Source of the DNA: Chrysomallon squamiferum
Taxonomy: Eukaryota; Animalia; Mollusca
Assembly: GCA_012295275.1 (NCBI GenBank)
Contig: CM022679.1
Span: 18,786,001 to 18,850,000 of the forward strand
Direction of reading: 5' to 3'
DNA: 64,000 nucleotides
Under the pieces are notes generated by a model that did not search any database, was not told the origin of the DNA, and was given only the letters and a program-made list of their open reading frames with translations. Made by a program: the position numbers and the translations under genes. Shown here one piece after another: positions 44,018 through 58,684 of the stretch (position 1 is its first letter; the number at the start of each line of letters is the position of its first letter).

Positions 44018-45667
44018 TGGTTTCATTGTCATATTTCTTTAAATATGATGATGATGATAATAATAATCATAATCATAATATAATAATAACCTATTTCTGT
44101 CTCGTACAAAAATATTTTAAAAATTAAATACATAAAAAAAACATTATTAAGTTCTTTATTATTACCAAATTTCTTGCATAAACATAATGTTCAGTTAAAT
44201 TATTTCTTCTTTTTTTTATTTAATGTTTGAAAATAATATATACACCATATATAAAAGAATAATAAAATATAAAAAATTCTCTTTCACAGATACAGTATTA
44301 AGAAAGCAGTCGCCTAGAGTATGTTATATACTTGGAAAAAAAAAAGGAATGCGATTTTTCATGTCTTCTAAACAGTAGCAGATATTAGTTCTAATACATA
44401 AAACTATTTTGTTATTATAAAAACAACTTTTTTTCTCCCCTGTTGCATGACTGGTTTCTAAACAGTAGCCGTTTACAAGTATCAGATTACTTTAGATGTC
44501 GTGCATTTAAAAATATTAATAATAATAATAATAAAATTCAAACTCAGTTGTATCGTACAAATGTCAGGTAAGAAAAAAGCACATGGCCTGTGTTCTAGAC
44601 TCGTGTGACATGTATCTCTTTCTCTACAGTTAGCGTTTTGAAAATTTAAAACATCCACAGTATTTTAAAAATTAGGATACATATAGTTCTGGGACAAAAT
44701 CCCCAAACCATAAATTAGGCACTGAAATAAAACGTAAATAACAGCTTCGCTCTTTGTTGTTAAAAACATTTTGATAGAATTAAGCAGACTGGATGCGGAA
44801 TATTTGTCCGAGGCGCTATACAATCGGTTTGCACTGGGTTTTTTCTTCTATTGTGGAATTCCCACTGAGTTATCAATGTCAAGACACAGAAAATTACAAT
44901 TTCATGAATGTAATAGATGAACGAGAAAGTAATAAATAGTTAAATTACTGATAGAAGACTGTTGTCTGCAGACAGCCATAAATTAACTAGTATCTAGAGA
45001 TAGTGATAAAATCATAAAACTTAATTAACATCTGATAAAATTTATTCGTGCTCAGAAAATATTTTGCAAAAATTAATTAAACAATATCATAAATATTTTT
45101 CTTAAAATAATTTTCCTTTCTTTTTCTTTATCTTCTAAGTTTTTATCACAAACTATAATAATACAGTAAACATTCAGCGATAATAACTTATTCTGTAAGG
45201 AGTAACAGCTATTGAAAGGCAGAAATATAAAAAGGAGGAAAGCCTGGGTCGGTGAAGAGGAGTTGATGATATATAGAAGTTTGCTGCGGACGATCTCAAG
45301 AATAGGAACACGTGGCATGTTGCTTGTGAGATAAAAACTCAATGCTATTGACTACCTTTTTTTTTTTTTTTTTTTTTAGTTAACATTATAATATCATAAT
45401 ATTGTAGTGTATATATCCTTTCAAAGGATATGTTTGGGTATTTTACAGATTTTAACAACGTTAATAGTTTTTGAAATAGCTTTAAGTAGATTTCGGAAAT
45501 GTATTTTTAATACAGTCCTGAAAATGCTTGTAAATGTTTTATGTATGTAAATAAATGTTTTTATAATATAAATTTCTAGAGATAAAATTACGAAATAATT
45601 ATCTTTTTTTTAATATGAAGAAATATTTCTGCGCCAGTGAGTTTTTTAATTCTTACATATACACATA

Positions 45668-45715
<48 letters not shown>

Positions 45716-48246
45716 ATCTTGATTTTACTGCATTTTACTAGATCTCTGTGGCAATGTCGATGTAATGAATCGTTGTAGAAAATAGCCCTTCAGAATGTAC
45801 TTGTTTAGTCAACTGTTTAAAATAACACTTTGATTTTCTAATTCCTCTCTTTAAAACCAGATCACGTACACAGCCAAAAGATTTCTGGTGTTTCTCCTCA
45901 AACGAACAACAATTACTCTGACAATACATAGGATGTGCAAGCTTCGAACTTTGATTTAGAGCCACTGTCATCTAAGATGAACGAGCGACGATACTATTTC
46001 AGGCCGTGTCTGTGGTGTCTTGCAAGAGCTAATTTACGTCTAAATTTTTCTATGAAACTATTTGTCTATCTGTGTGACACGGACACGGACTCAACAATAA
46101 ATGAAGAAAAGTCAAAAAAAGAAAGAATGAAAAAAGTATTTTTATTCATGAAATATTATATGTTCACGATCAAAAATAAATATATAAATAAACTGTAACA
46201 CTTTAGGTTAATTTTTCAAATATATTAATTTATAATCTATTACATCGTTTTCGTCTTATAATTTTTCCAAATCGTCCAGGAGTTTTGGCCACAACTGCTC
46301 AAATTTTCCGTTATATTCACATCTGGGAAAATGTTTCCTTATAGAACAGTCAGATTGTAACTGACTGTAACTTTAACCTTAACTGGTGAAAATAAAACTA
46401 ATAACTTGTTTTGAATGCTCTGCACACTAACGTCAAGTATTGAAACTGGATTAGAATTATTCATACATTTATTATCTCTGAACATTCATTCCATAAAATA
46501 GTTTAACACTATCTCAAACAATATACAACTAATGCCAGTTTTTGTTGATAAATATCTGCTAATCAATCGTGCACCATGTTTTACTTTTAGCGGCTACGGA
46601 TCGGTATAGCAGTCGCTGAATGACGAGTACCGGTAAGAATGTTTTTTGAATTTTAAATTATTATAAAATTCTGACACCGACCCACATACATATAACATAA
46701 TAATACTTACATATTTATATATAATTATACCTTACGATATCCTGAATACAGACATAATAAAAGTTTAAAACATTACAGATTCGTCCAAATAAATATGCAA
46801 TAAAAAGCGAAATTTTTTTAAATTAAATAATGTATATATCGCTACTCGTTATTGGACATAAATTTAATTTTACAATGATAGAATATATTTTAACATGATT
46901 AAAATATCAACTAAGTAAATTATGTTTCTTTTGTTAATCATGTCCAAATACTATGTGAATCTTTAATGTTGTTGCCTTTGCTACACTGTATCTTCCTGTT
47001 ACATGGCCATATCTAGATAAATGTGCATTCTGATGTCGAAGTGCGGACTGAAACCAATACAAACCAATGCTATCAAATTATACAGAATAGAAAATAATGT
47101 TTAAGCAATTAAATAAATCAAATAAATCAAATGAATTACCAAGTCAGTTCTAAATATATTTCTTGTTGAAGAGTAAACTAGAAAAGTATGTGAATTTCCT
47201 TCGCCACAGGAAATGCTTCCTTGGCAATGTTTATGTCATTTACATAAAAACCAATAATTCTCTTGTATTGTCGATAACGGTAAAAAGTACACTTTTGCTA
47301 GAAGCCGTCGTATTCTGCAAGACATATAATTCTGTATCGATTCCCGGGATACGGTTCTTTGCAGATTCCCACTCATGCGTAAAATATATTTAGTCTCTAA
47401 TTCCTGTGATCCAAATAAAAATTGTGTTCTTGGTGAAAACCAAATGAGATACAGAGACACCGAGCTAAAAGAGACTGTGGCAAGTGTTTGCCTTTCGGTC
47501 AGGCCGCTGGATGTTCCTCATAAAACAGAGAATCATACTTTTATTGATTGGTCGTCTGAAGTCTGCGTCTGTCTCAGTGGGTACATCTCATCAGATCTCA
47601 GTCTCTGATGAAATGAATTAAAAACAATCATTAAAAACAGAAATAAATATAAAAAAATTATTCAAATTCACCAGCAAGAACGGATGATTTAAATAAGCAA
47701 GAGTAATTGTTTCAGGTTGTTTTGACATTTCATTTAATCCCGGTTATTAAATGAAATATTTATGTTAAATAAGGCAACTAGAATATTGTGAGGAAAAAAA
47801 TATTAATGCCAATCGATAACAAGTCCGTGATACATTGCTGCTCAATAAATAGGTTTTGGAGAAAAATGTTTTTAAAAACGGGTGCACTAAGGTAGACTGA
47901 TCCATAATAACACTGAATTTGTGCTAAGAATTTATAAGAAGATAAAAAATCTGGTTAGATAAATTTGTTTTCCTCATTTAGCAGTAGCAACTGTTGTAGA
48001 CGTAACAGTAGTAATGGTACTAGCATCAATATTTATTCATTTATTATTTTCTATAATAACAATATATCTTAACAACGTGGAAACGGAATCGCAACAAAGC
48101 ATGAAATTTTCTAATTTGCCAAAAATTATAGTTTAGTTCGCTGGAAAGACAATTTAATAACATTTTAATCCTGTCTGTAAACAACAGTCATTAATGGTCT
48201 TCTTAGTCTTGTGCAACTGTTTTTTCTAAAAGTATTCTGTTTATAT

Positions 48247-48298
<52 letters not shown>

Positions 48299-48930
48299 TC
48301 ACTGTTAAAAGAATACTTTTTGTTTTTATCTACTGGTTTGGTATTTCAAAATAAGTACTATGTAAGCATAAACAATAATCTATTGCTATCTCGCTTTTGA
48401 ACACGAGAAAACCAAACATTTTATTTTGTTATAAATCATAATACTATTTGCATAACTAACTAGTTTTCCTAATATTTATTTTATTATTATTATTATTTTT
48501 TTTAATTATCAAGACACAAATGCACAACTCAATAAGTTAGATATTTTAATTTTATCATTGTACTATTGAAATATAGTTTAAAGTGAAAGTGCTCAGAGTG
48601 ACTGAATTATTCTGTGCAGTCGTTAACACATTTTCTATAATATTATATTAGCAATGCAAGTATTATTATTTCAGTTGTAGTTCAAAATAATGATTCCCAT
48701 CTGACTTACACTCGAGAAACAATTTATAAACGTGTGCAGAAAAATGTATTTTGATAAGAAAAATGCATCAGAATTTCATGTTTTCCCTAATGACCAATTA
48801 CTGGCAGTCTCAGTTATCATTAACGCATAGTTAAATATTATTTAATTATTTTTATTTTATTTCTTTGAAAATGCAATGATTTAGTCGTTTAACTAAATCT
48901 CCAACGGAAATGAGTCTTTTGTTAAAATAT

Positions 48931-49042
<112 letters not shown>

Positions 49043-51678
49043 ATCAATAATGATTGTTGAATAGCATTTCAGAACAATTATATTTTATTTAGGAATCATT
49101 ACTGCTTGGATACTTTTGCTAGCAAACCGAAGAGACCACTCGCATGATAACTGCATGTGAAATATGTATAATGACATATTATAAGAGAAGGATTCAGCTA
49201 TAAACTGAAATAGGTATTGCTTTTGGTCCAACAGTTAGAGGGAGTCTCTATGAATTTTATTCTCTGTTAAATAGAGCCTCCTATTTTGTTGCCCCATAGT
49301 TTAGGGCCTTACCTCATATGAATTCGGTCCAGGTTACGCATTTTCTCATCTATAATAATTTGTTTTCTCTGTCTCACTGTAACTAACTCCTTCGACACCT
49401 ATCTATCTGTCTGTCAGTTTTCATAAATCGAAGCAGCTTTGATTTTTCTGAATTAAAAATTTGTATATACTCTGATTTTAGTAAATAACAAAATACAACA
49501 TCTTCTAAGAAATACGGCGAGCAAATAACGTATTATGTTTTGCACTACAAACCAAATTAGGCTTTCACTAGAAAAGCAACACGCTGTCCTCTCACCAGGC
49601 TGGTCACACTCGTGGCGGTGTGTGTCACTTAATTTAAGGAAAATGTCCCTCGTGGCTCCATCGGGCAACGGCGGCCTCTACAAGACGTAATTAATAGAAT
49701 CTGACAGCAACAGTTCCTCCATGATAACAGTTTCTGTGTTCTGTCTACCTCATAAGAATTATTCCACAAAAATCTTATTTCTAAAATAATGAAATAAATA
49801 AATAAATATTCTCATATGCCGTAGACTAGCCATTTTCTCTTTTGGTTTTTTTCAGTTTCCAAGCCCTCTGTCCAACAAGCAACAGTAACAGATAAACAGA
49901 AAAACCCCTTTTCACATTCTTAGGCGTTACTCCCGTTAAAATGATGGTGTATACTACAGCCTGAATGTAACAGAGTTCAGTTCGATTTAGTTAATTATTT
50001 TTATTCAGGAGTCTCAGAACTGTCACGCTACTGTGAGGTCCAGAATGAGAAGTTTAGTATTTGAATAAATTAAAATTACAATTCCTAGAAGTTAAATATT
50101 CCCCGTGTGTTGCATATCAACTGAGGCAAAAATGTTTAAAGTGCTTGTTCTTATAGTAAAACCGCTAATTACTCAGAGTGTGTAATTAGACATATTATCA
50201 GTGTTTAATAGTCCTTATATGTTTCATTATGTATCGTGAACATATTTGGCAGATTTGCAAAAGTCAGAAATGTGATACGAAGAATGCTTTAAATAATCCT
50301 AATTTGGCAAATAATGATAATACACGTAGTCAACGGTCACAGTGTCTGCTGACGTGGTACTTAGATGAAAATGTCAACTTTCAGATTGTGTATTTCACAA
50401 AATAATTAGCAAAATTATGTTACATGAGTATTTCTTTAAACAGTCAGTGTCGTCAAAAGCTGTTTAGAGCAAACTACATATGTAAGCATATAAATGTGCA
50501 CACGTAATAGACACTACAAAAAAGTATAAAAATATGTTTTCTTTCTTTAATTTAAACATTTTATAGTACATATGTCAACCTATCCACATACACATTATCT
50601 ATATACCTATCTACTTTATGCATGCATGCACGCACACACACATACATATACTCTACAGAGAATGCAATAACAACTATTACATCACATAGTGAAAGCCTTC
50701 GTTTTTTATACAGATTATCTCTGAACAACAACATTCCTGTAACCATAATAATATATTTTTAATTATTCTCCTTTACAATATTTAAAGTATAACTTTTAAA
50801 ATTAGGATTAACGTATTGTTATTATTATTATTATTTTTTTTTTTTTTTTTTTTTTTGTACGAGGTCACGCAGTAATGGCTGACATGCTGACTTTTGTCAT
50901 TTTGTCTGCACTACAATTCAAAACACACCATAAACAAGGAAAGAGGGTTTAATAATAAAAAAAATAATAATAAATAGACGATATAAAAGAACATTTACGC
51001 AGAAATTAGTAATTTACTTAGCTCAAGAACTTTGAGAAGAAAAATCAGTCATTGACAAAGATGAATTATTTCTCAATACCTAATGAGACTGGCTGACTGC
51101 TTGGACAATGTTTGAAATACTAAATACATAAAGCAAGATTTATTAAAAGGTTATTCCACTATAACCATCAAGAAAAATATTAAATGTGAAACAGCTTTTA
51201 TCATAAAGATGTAGACGGAATTAAAATGTCAGTTAAAACAATACTTTAAATGTTTTGAGATGTCAGTGCACATTATTTCTACAGCCGAGAATTCGATGGT
51301 TTGTTTTAACGGAGTAAGTCCGTTATGACGTTTGTTATTCTCATTATTGATGTCCGCCCCCACCTCGCATTTTCAGCACGAGCATAGGAGGCCTAATAAG
51401 TTAGGACTTTTTCTTCTCGTCGAATAAACTTACACCAACTTTAAAACTTCTACAGTGCTGAGATGTGCTTGAGTATTTTTTAAAATATCAGTTTTGAATA
51501 TTTATCACATCCTTAAGAATGCTTTATAAATTACTCCCAAAAGAAGGAAAGCTGAAGTATGTTGATTAAAAAAACTTAGAGAAAAAAATAATGAAAAATA
51601 GCTCAAGGCTTTTAGTGACAGAAATCTTGACCTTTTCGCGCAATGGAAAAACTCATCAAGGTTCCGTGCTATTCGTAA

Positions 51679-51734
<56 letters not shown>

Positions 51735-52623
51735 GATTGTTTTCCTTTTTTGTGTATGTGTGTGCTTGAGTGTATGTATGTACACAAATATATATATATA
51801 AAAATTTTATGGTAATCCTTATTTGTACTGTGGCGATAGGTATGTTTATTCTTTTTTCTTTTCTTTTCTTTTCTTCTTCTTCTTTTTCTTTCTTTCTTCT
51901 TATTATTATTTTAAATTTGATTATTTCGCTCTTTTTCGTATATGTTTAATTGTTGCTCCATTATAGTGCTATTGTTATTTTTGATAGCTTAATCGATAAA
52001 TGTTAAACATTACGTCAATGTAATTATAAACAAAAAGCAGGTAAACAAAGAATTTATGATGGCAGTTATTAAGTTTCCTCTGTATCAGAAAAATAATATT
52101 AGAGTATTGTATGACATCACTACTGAAACTATATTACAAAGTCATATACTGCGCAATAAAAAGTTATTTCTGAAAACATTTTGTCTCGTTACATCTTTTT
52201 CTTATTTTCCTGAAGATTTAATGTTTGTTTCCTAAAAGAAAACTTGAGCAGTGAATTATTTTAACAATATAACTTGATAACAGCTGTCTAATGGCGGGGT
52301 ACTCAATGGGCCTCTTCTATCATTTGTCATTCTAAATATTTGATAAAACATTTACTTTTTATAATATATAAAATTACCAAATAAAAAATGTATAATGTCT
52401 GCAGCAGAGAGATTCAAAAACATAGAAGAAAAAGAAAGGGAAAATGTATAATCTGTAATTTTATTTCGAGCATATTTTCCTTCACCTGCGTATTGATCAT
52501 TCTACATACGTTCTGGAAGTAAACTGGAACCATAAGACTTGAGAAAATGCAAATATAATAAGTAATTAAAGAGTTATTTTAATACAGTTGAAATTAATCG
52601 ATTCTTTCAGTGACTCTGTATTA

Positions 52624-52677
<54 letters not shown>

Positions 52678-52785
52678 CAAATAAATAATAAATAACAGCA
52701 ACAGTCATACAAATAATGACATTTAATTACATACATACATACACACATATACATATATACTTTCAGGCTTTAATCCTAAGGAAAT

Positions 52786-52819
<34 letters not shown>

Positions 52820-54735
52820 AGCACAGAGAGAGACACACACACACACACACAATAGTTCGCAAACATATCAGCCACTCTAGGCAGACGAGCAGTACAGCAC
52901 GTACAAAACTGCAAGAAACAAGAGAAAAACATTTTATCTGGCTTCCTCAAGATATGACGTGAGAATTTACTACTTAGCGATGAGGAACATTAACCGCCCT
53001 GTTAGACCAAATGTCCGCTCCTCTCATACGACCTTGTACAGCGTTTCGCCCATCTCAACTAGCGGCATCGCTGTGGTGAAAACTCATTAAAGAGGTGACC
53101 TTTATTATACTTGTTGTGTTCTTTTGTATAATGAATAAGACAGAAACGCAAATTAAAATGAGTCTTTATCACGGCATCTGTCATTTTAACGATACTAACT
53201 CGTTGATTTAGATTTTGAGGACTTCCGTGTGTTTAGCGCTTTAATTCGATTTTGTCACCACCCATGTTATCCAACATTAAACATGTGGCGGTATCAACGA
53301 CAGCGTTCACTTCTCGCACTTCTCAGTTCGGCTGCAGCATTAACTGACAACAAATCAACACTGGCTGAACATTATTTTAACTGTTTCATTTTGTAGCCAC
53401 AACATTATTAGTGGAATGTGCGTTCCTCTCTACAAGAATGTTCATATAAAATATTTCTTGCTAATAATCGTCTACAGCAGGTTTCGAAGTCACAGCTCAA
53501 GCTGTTCTTATAATCAGTGGTTGGAACGATCAGAGGAGTTTTTAAATGTGTAGAGGTAAAAAAAACCTGGAGTCGAAACTTGTGATTAATAAGATTTTCT
53601 GTTTTTTTTTTATATTTCTGAACGCAATACGACAAGCCAACTCTCCTCTATATTTATGTGCATTTGCGTGTGTGTGTATGTGAATACAGAACACATGTAC
53701 ACACTTACACCACACATTTTATATATTTATATATATATATATATATATCATTACATCTTGTTCACAGTATAAACAGTATTTAATGGTTAATTTCTGTATT
53801 TTGCTTATGTGTTCCTTTTCTTTTTCTTTTCTTTTATTTGTGTTTTACTATGTTTGTATGGTTTTATGTCTGTATCTCAGTGTTTACATGCGTGTTTTTT
53901 TTGTGTTAACTTTTCTTGAGCGATTATATAATATGGTATATTTCAGTTTTCTACAGTATTTTCAGTGAATTAGAAGCAAATTTTCACAATAAATATATCA
54001 TTAACAAAATTAGTACACTAGAGGTGAAAGGTCAGGCGTCATAAAAACTGTCTGAGACGACAGGTGTAGTTCTCTGATGAAAAAACAAATATGTGCGAAT
54101 TTTCATCATTATTCTGCAAGCAGTCGTTATCAGAATTTTGAAATACCTACGTCTGCGTCTATGATTGGCTAGTCAAGAAAATTATAATGATGAAGGGCAA
54201 AAGTTTGCGTTTATCATGTATGAAATAGCTGACAATAAAACGGATAGGAGAAATACGTGAGATAAAACGTATGTAACGAAAACTGTGCAGCTGAATAGTT
54301 AGCCTTTGGTCTTTTGCTTCCACCATATGCCACGTTGGCCAGATTAATGCGAAGGCGCACTTGAGTTTAGAAAAATATGTCTTGTGGGATGGTCTGCGAA
54401 CAACTTTCTCTAATCTAATGTATATTATTACCTTTATACAACGAATTGCCAAATAATGTGCTTGATTACTTCACTTCGCAAGATTTTGTCTGATTATCAA
54501 TCACGCCTGCTCGTTCTCAGTGTTATTTGTATTCTGGATATGTGCTTTGCAGTTCCTCGAAAATTAACTTTTTGCAGGATGTAACAACAAGAAATTTAGT
54601 GAAACTGAATTTGTTTGTCTATTTGAAAGATGTTATTTAAAAAGTGTCTTGGAAAATAAACCATTTTTTCCTTCTGTTTCATTAATCTAAGCAGCAGAAG
54701 CCAACAAATTGTTTGGCGCCAAAAGAGATTAAGAA

Positions 54736-55204
54736 ATGCAGTGTCATCTGCAAGTTCTCCGAGTAGCAATCATCCATCTATTGCTTAATGTGTGCTCTGC
54801 CCGCCCTCAAATTAACCTCACACTTCTTGGCTTTAACTGGACAAACGACACTGACACAGCTGTTGGAGAGAAAACAGAAAGTGTACAGAAAATTGATGCA
54901 AAGGAAACATCAAGCATAGACGTTGATTATCAGTATGAACAGTTCTACGATGATGATGTCACAGAAGAGGACGAGGATGAAGAAACCGAGTTTGATGATG
55001 TTCACAGCGTCATGAAACCACCGGGTCTGGGCTCTGACGAGGCCGTGTCACTGGGATCGCGTCCTCTTTCCGACACACAACTTGGAAACCCTTCGAGACA
55101 GGCTCCTGAGTATATGCTGGATTTGTATAAACGATTCTCGCAGCGTCATTTTGTTCCACCTACCTCCAATATTGTACGAAGTTTTATTAATGTTAATAAG
55201 GAAG
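54736..55204 (+). CDS. BMP10: BMP9/10 (GDF2/BMP10)-like ligand, coding exon 1
   Basis: ATG at 54736; signal peptide (VLRVAIIHLLLNVCSA); acidic tract; APEYMLDLYKRF...SNIVRSF matches the BMP9/10 prodomain motif; donor GAAG|GTAAGA, phase 1. Confidence 0.92.
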
Positions 55205-55931
55205 GTAAGACACATAGATTCAGACTCTAAGATTCAGATTTTATTAATATGAATAATAAAATAAAATAAAAATATATATATAAAAATAATAATAATAATA
55301 ATAAAATAAAAACATAAAAATCCCCATTAAAAATTAAAATCTTTATTTTAAACAAATTTTAGTCTTTATTTTAGAAAGGTAAAATAGAGCTACATATTTT
55401 AATAGTATTTTCACAATTTTATATGTATTTTAACAAAGACGGTAGCATCTGAGATATAAAGATACACGTATACATATATGTGCATATAGTTAGGTATGTA
55501 TTTATTTACTACTATGCAGACATGTTAACAAATATATCTAATAGGTCATTATTTGTTCTTAATAAGACTTCGTTGTAAACAAATCATTTTTGTCTTTTAA
55601 ATATTGTAAACACACAGGAGACATATTATCTCGAACCTGTCTAGCGTGGAATCGATATCACATTAGTCGTCTTATTAAGTCAAGATTTATGAATGAAATA
55701 TACGTATTACACGACAGAGAAGGCGGTGTTTGCATTCACTTTCCTAATAAAATAATATAAAGTTGTCATTGCTTAGTGTTTTAAAGGAACTTGGCCAAGA
55801 GTTCATGACTTATAAATTTAGCAAAACAACGTCCCTCCTCCTGAAAAACTACAGAACACATATGTATTATAGTTTCATAAATCAGTAAAACTATTCAGTT
55901 AGGAATAATTTTATAATAATAATAATAATAA

Positions 55932-55967
<36 letters not shown>

Positions 55968-56703
55968 CAGTGGTACCTAAATTTACGAGTTTAATTCGTT
56001 CCGTGACCGAGCTGGTAACTCAATTTGCTCGTATATCAAATCATTTTTCCCAACTGAAATTAATTGAAATACCATTAATCTGTTCCAGCCCCCGAAAAAA
56101 CACCACTATTTTTTTGTAATGTGTTTTCAAATAAGAAAAAATGTTGTTTATACATGACAAATAAAAGATAATGTAAAAAAATAAATTGGTTGTGTAAATT
56201 GTACAGGGTTAGGGTTTCTCCATCTTTTCATAGACCAAGGTCTGCAGCTTAGAAATTATTTTAACGCCTTTGTCTGGAGTTATAGCCTTTATCGACTCCT
56301 TCAGTATGATACATATCGTAAAACTTCTACTAGAAGTACAACTCGCTCTTGTTATTCTATGATTTCACGCTTTAATTCAATGGACATCACACGCTTCTTC
56401 TTCTCAGCACTCTCCTTTGCACTCGCTTTCTTAGCATCCATGGAAATTTGGCAAAATACTGCAGAAAACGCGAGCACAGCACAAGAGAGATGCCTCCACG
56501 GCGATGTAACTACGTGATGTAAATGATAAGAAACTGGATGCTGGGCGGATGTTGTTTTGTTCGTTGCTCCAACTAGCGGCTGTGTATCTGAAACTCGCTC
56601 GTAACTCGGATTTTCGCTCGCAAATCAAATAAAAAATCAACCGGGCGACTGCTCGTAACTCGGAAAACTCGTAATTTGGGGCCTCGTAAGTCTGGTACCA
56701 CTG
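55968..56703 (-). mobile_element. Tigger/pogo-like non-autonomous element (736 bp) in BMP10 intron 1
   Basis: Ends CAGTGGTACCTAAATTTACGAG and CTCGTAAGTCTGGTACCACTG form imperfect TIRs with TA flanks; subterminal CTCGTA repeats. The minus-strand relic from 56441 reads MDAKKASAKESAEKKKRVMSIELKREIIE*...KESIKAITPDKGVKIISKLQTLVYEKMEK, a CENP-B/psq HTH N-terminus of Tigger-type transposases. Confidence 0.9.
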
Positions 56704-56871
56704 TATATATATATAATAAAAATGGTGCTCTGATTTTGCAAGCAGACAATCAATTATTTAATTCTCTATTAAACACAAACTCATGCAAGTTTAAATTATT
56801 AGTTCTATACATTATTCAGAGAGATATGCAAGTTTAAATTATTAGTTCTATACATTATTCACTGTTTACAG

Positions 56872-57596
56872 AACACATCTACCCAGCAAGTGGTGACGGT
56901 CAGCTTCCTGGCGGAAAAGCCCGAATCCACACCCTCGTGTTCAACATCACCAGTGTGAGTATGGACGAAGTCATCGACCATGCCCAACTCAGGCTTTACA
57001 CACTAGTTCAAAGAGATCGCAACACTTACATAGGTGTCGACAGAAAGGTCACGGTTCTGGAAGTTCTGTCACAAAGACGAGACTTGGATGAAAACAGAAA
57101 ATACAGACAGCTTTCATCACGTCACGTGTACGGGCAAAACAGTGGCTGGGAAGCTTTTGATGTGACTTCCGCAGTAAAACGGTGGGTCCAAAATTTGACG
57201 CATGTTCAAATTCTCGAAGTGAGAATCGAAAGTGTATTCCACAGCGGGGACCGAGGCAACCTGGATATTGATACTGATCCTACCCACAAGAATGAGCCCC
57301 TATTAGTAGTTTTTTCCAATGACCTTAAGAAAGAAAGGCTTCATGACACTGAAATCCACGAACTAATCCGACACGAAACTGACCTTAAAGAAAGCGAGGA
57401 GCTTATTAGAAGGAATAACAAATATTCCTTGGTCCCCCAGACGGCATCGGGGTCTTCAGAAGTGACTAATGACGCTCACAACATTGTGAAGAGAAGTAAG
57501 AAGAGTCGCAGGAACAGCTGTAGGCGAAAACCTATGTACGTCAACTTCCAGGACATCAACTGGCATCAGTGGATTCTCATTCCAACGGGATATCAG
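56872..57596 (+). CDS. BMP10: BMP9/10-like ligand, coding exon 2
   Basis: Acceptor ctgtttacag|AA completes a Glu codon in frame with the track ORF at 56937; LVFNITS...AQLRLYTLVQRDR..Y.GVDRKVT, GWEAFDVTSAVKRW and EPLLVVFSND are typical of the BMP10 prodomain; mature domain starts CRRKPMYVNFQDINW; donor CAG|GTAAAG, phase 0. Confidence 0.95.
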
Positions 57597-57701
57597 GTAA
57601 AGATGACGAAACATAAAATCGACTTTTTCCTTTTTATTATTTCATTCATTCATAAATATCCGAATAGCATTTGGATTTAGCTTTTTATTTTCTTATTCAT
57701 T

Positions 57702-57736
<35 letters not shown>

Positions 57737-58198
57737 TATACATACTTTATTGAAAAAAAAAAAAAGAAGTTATCATTATTATTGTTTTTACATATATATC
57801 ATTTATTTATTCATTCATTCATTCATTTATAAATATTCGAATTGCATTTGGATTTTGTTTTTTATTTTCATATTAGTTTATTTTTTAATTTTATTTTTAT
57901 TTGTATTATTTGTATTAAACATATTTTTTTGAAAAATAAATAAATAATAAAAATGTTAATATTATTATTGTTTTTTCATATATATTATTTATTTATTTAT
58001 TTTTGTGCTTACTAAAGTGTACGTTTGATGATTAGGAAATAATAGTTTAAATATATTGTGGTAAAAGAAGATTTAGGTATTTCTTGAATTTGTCGAGAAA
58101 AAGAAAAATAATAAACATTATTTTTTTAAATATAAACATTTCAGATAATTTTTTGTTTCTTTGTTTTATAAAGCCCAGATGCGTTTTTTCGTGGAATA

Positions 58199-58241
<43 letters not shown>

Positions 58242-58623
58242 TTAAACGAACATATTCACACTAACAAAAATGATTATGCATAAGTAAAATAAAGGAAAAA
58301 ATACCATCAGAATACTTTCAAAACTATATACATTTTTTATTCTGTCACTCTCTAATCTGTATATATTTTATCATCAGGTTATATTAATTTTATTTGCATG
58401 TGAATTTTCACTTGAGGATGTTATTTCTAAGAGTAGTTTGATTACCGTTTGTGGGCTAGCTCATTCATTCGGCAGGAGGCTGATCATTTATACAGGGTCA
58501 TCCACCAGAACGCGGTGGATAACAATAAAAATATTAAAATATTTTTGTTATAGGTTGCCACCAGAATAGATTGTTTTTGTTGTTGTTGTTGTTTTTGTGT
58601 TTGTTCTTTTCGTGTTTTTTTTT

Positions 58624-58684
<61 letters not shown>

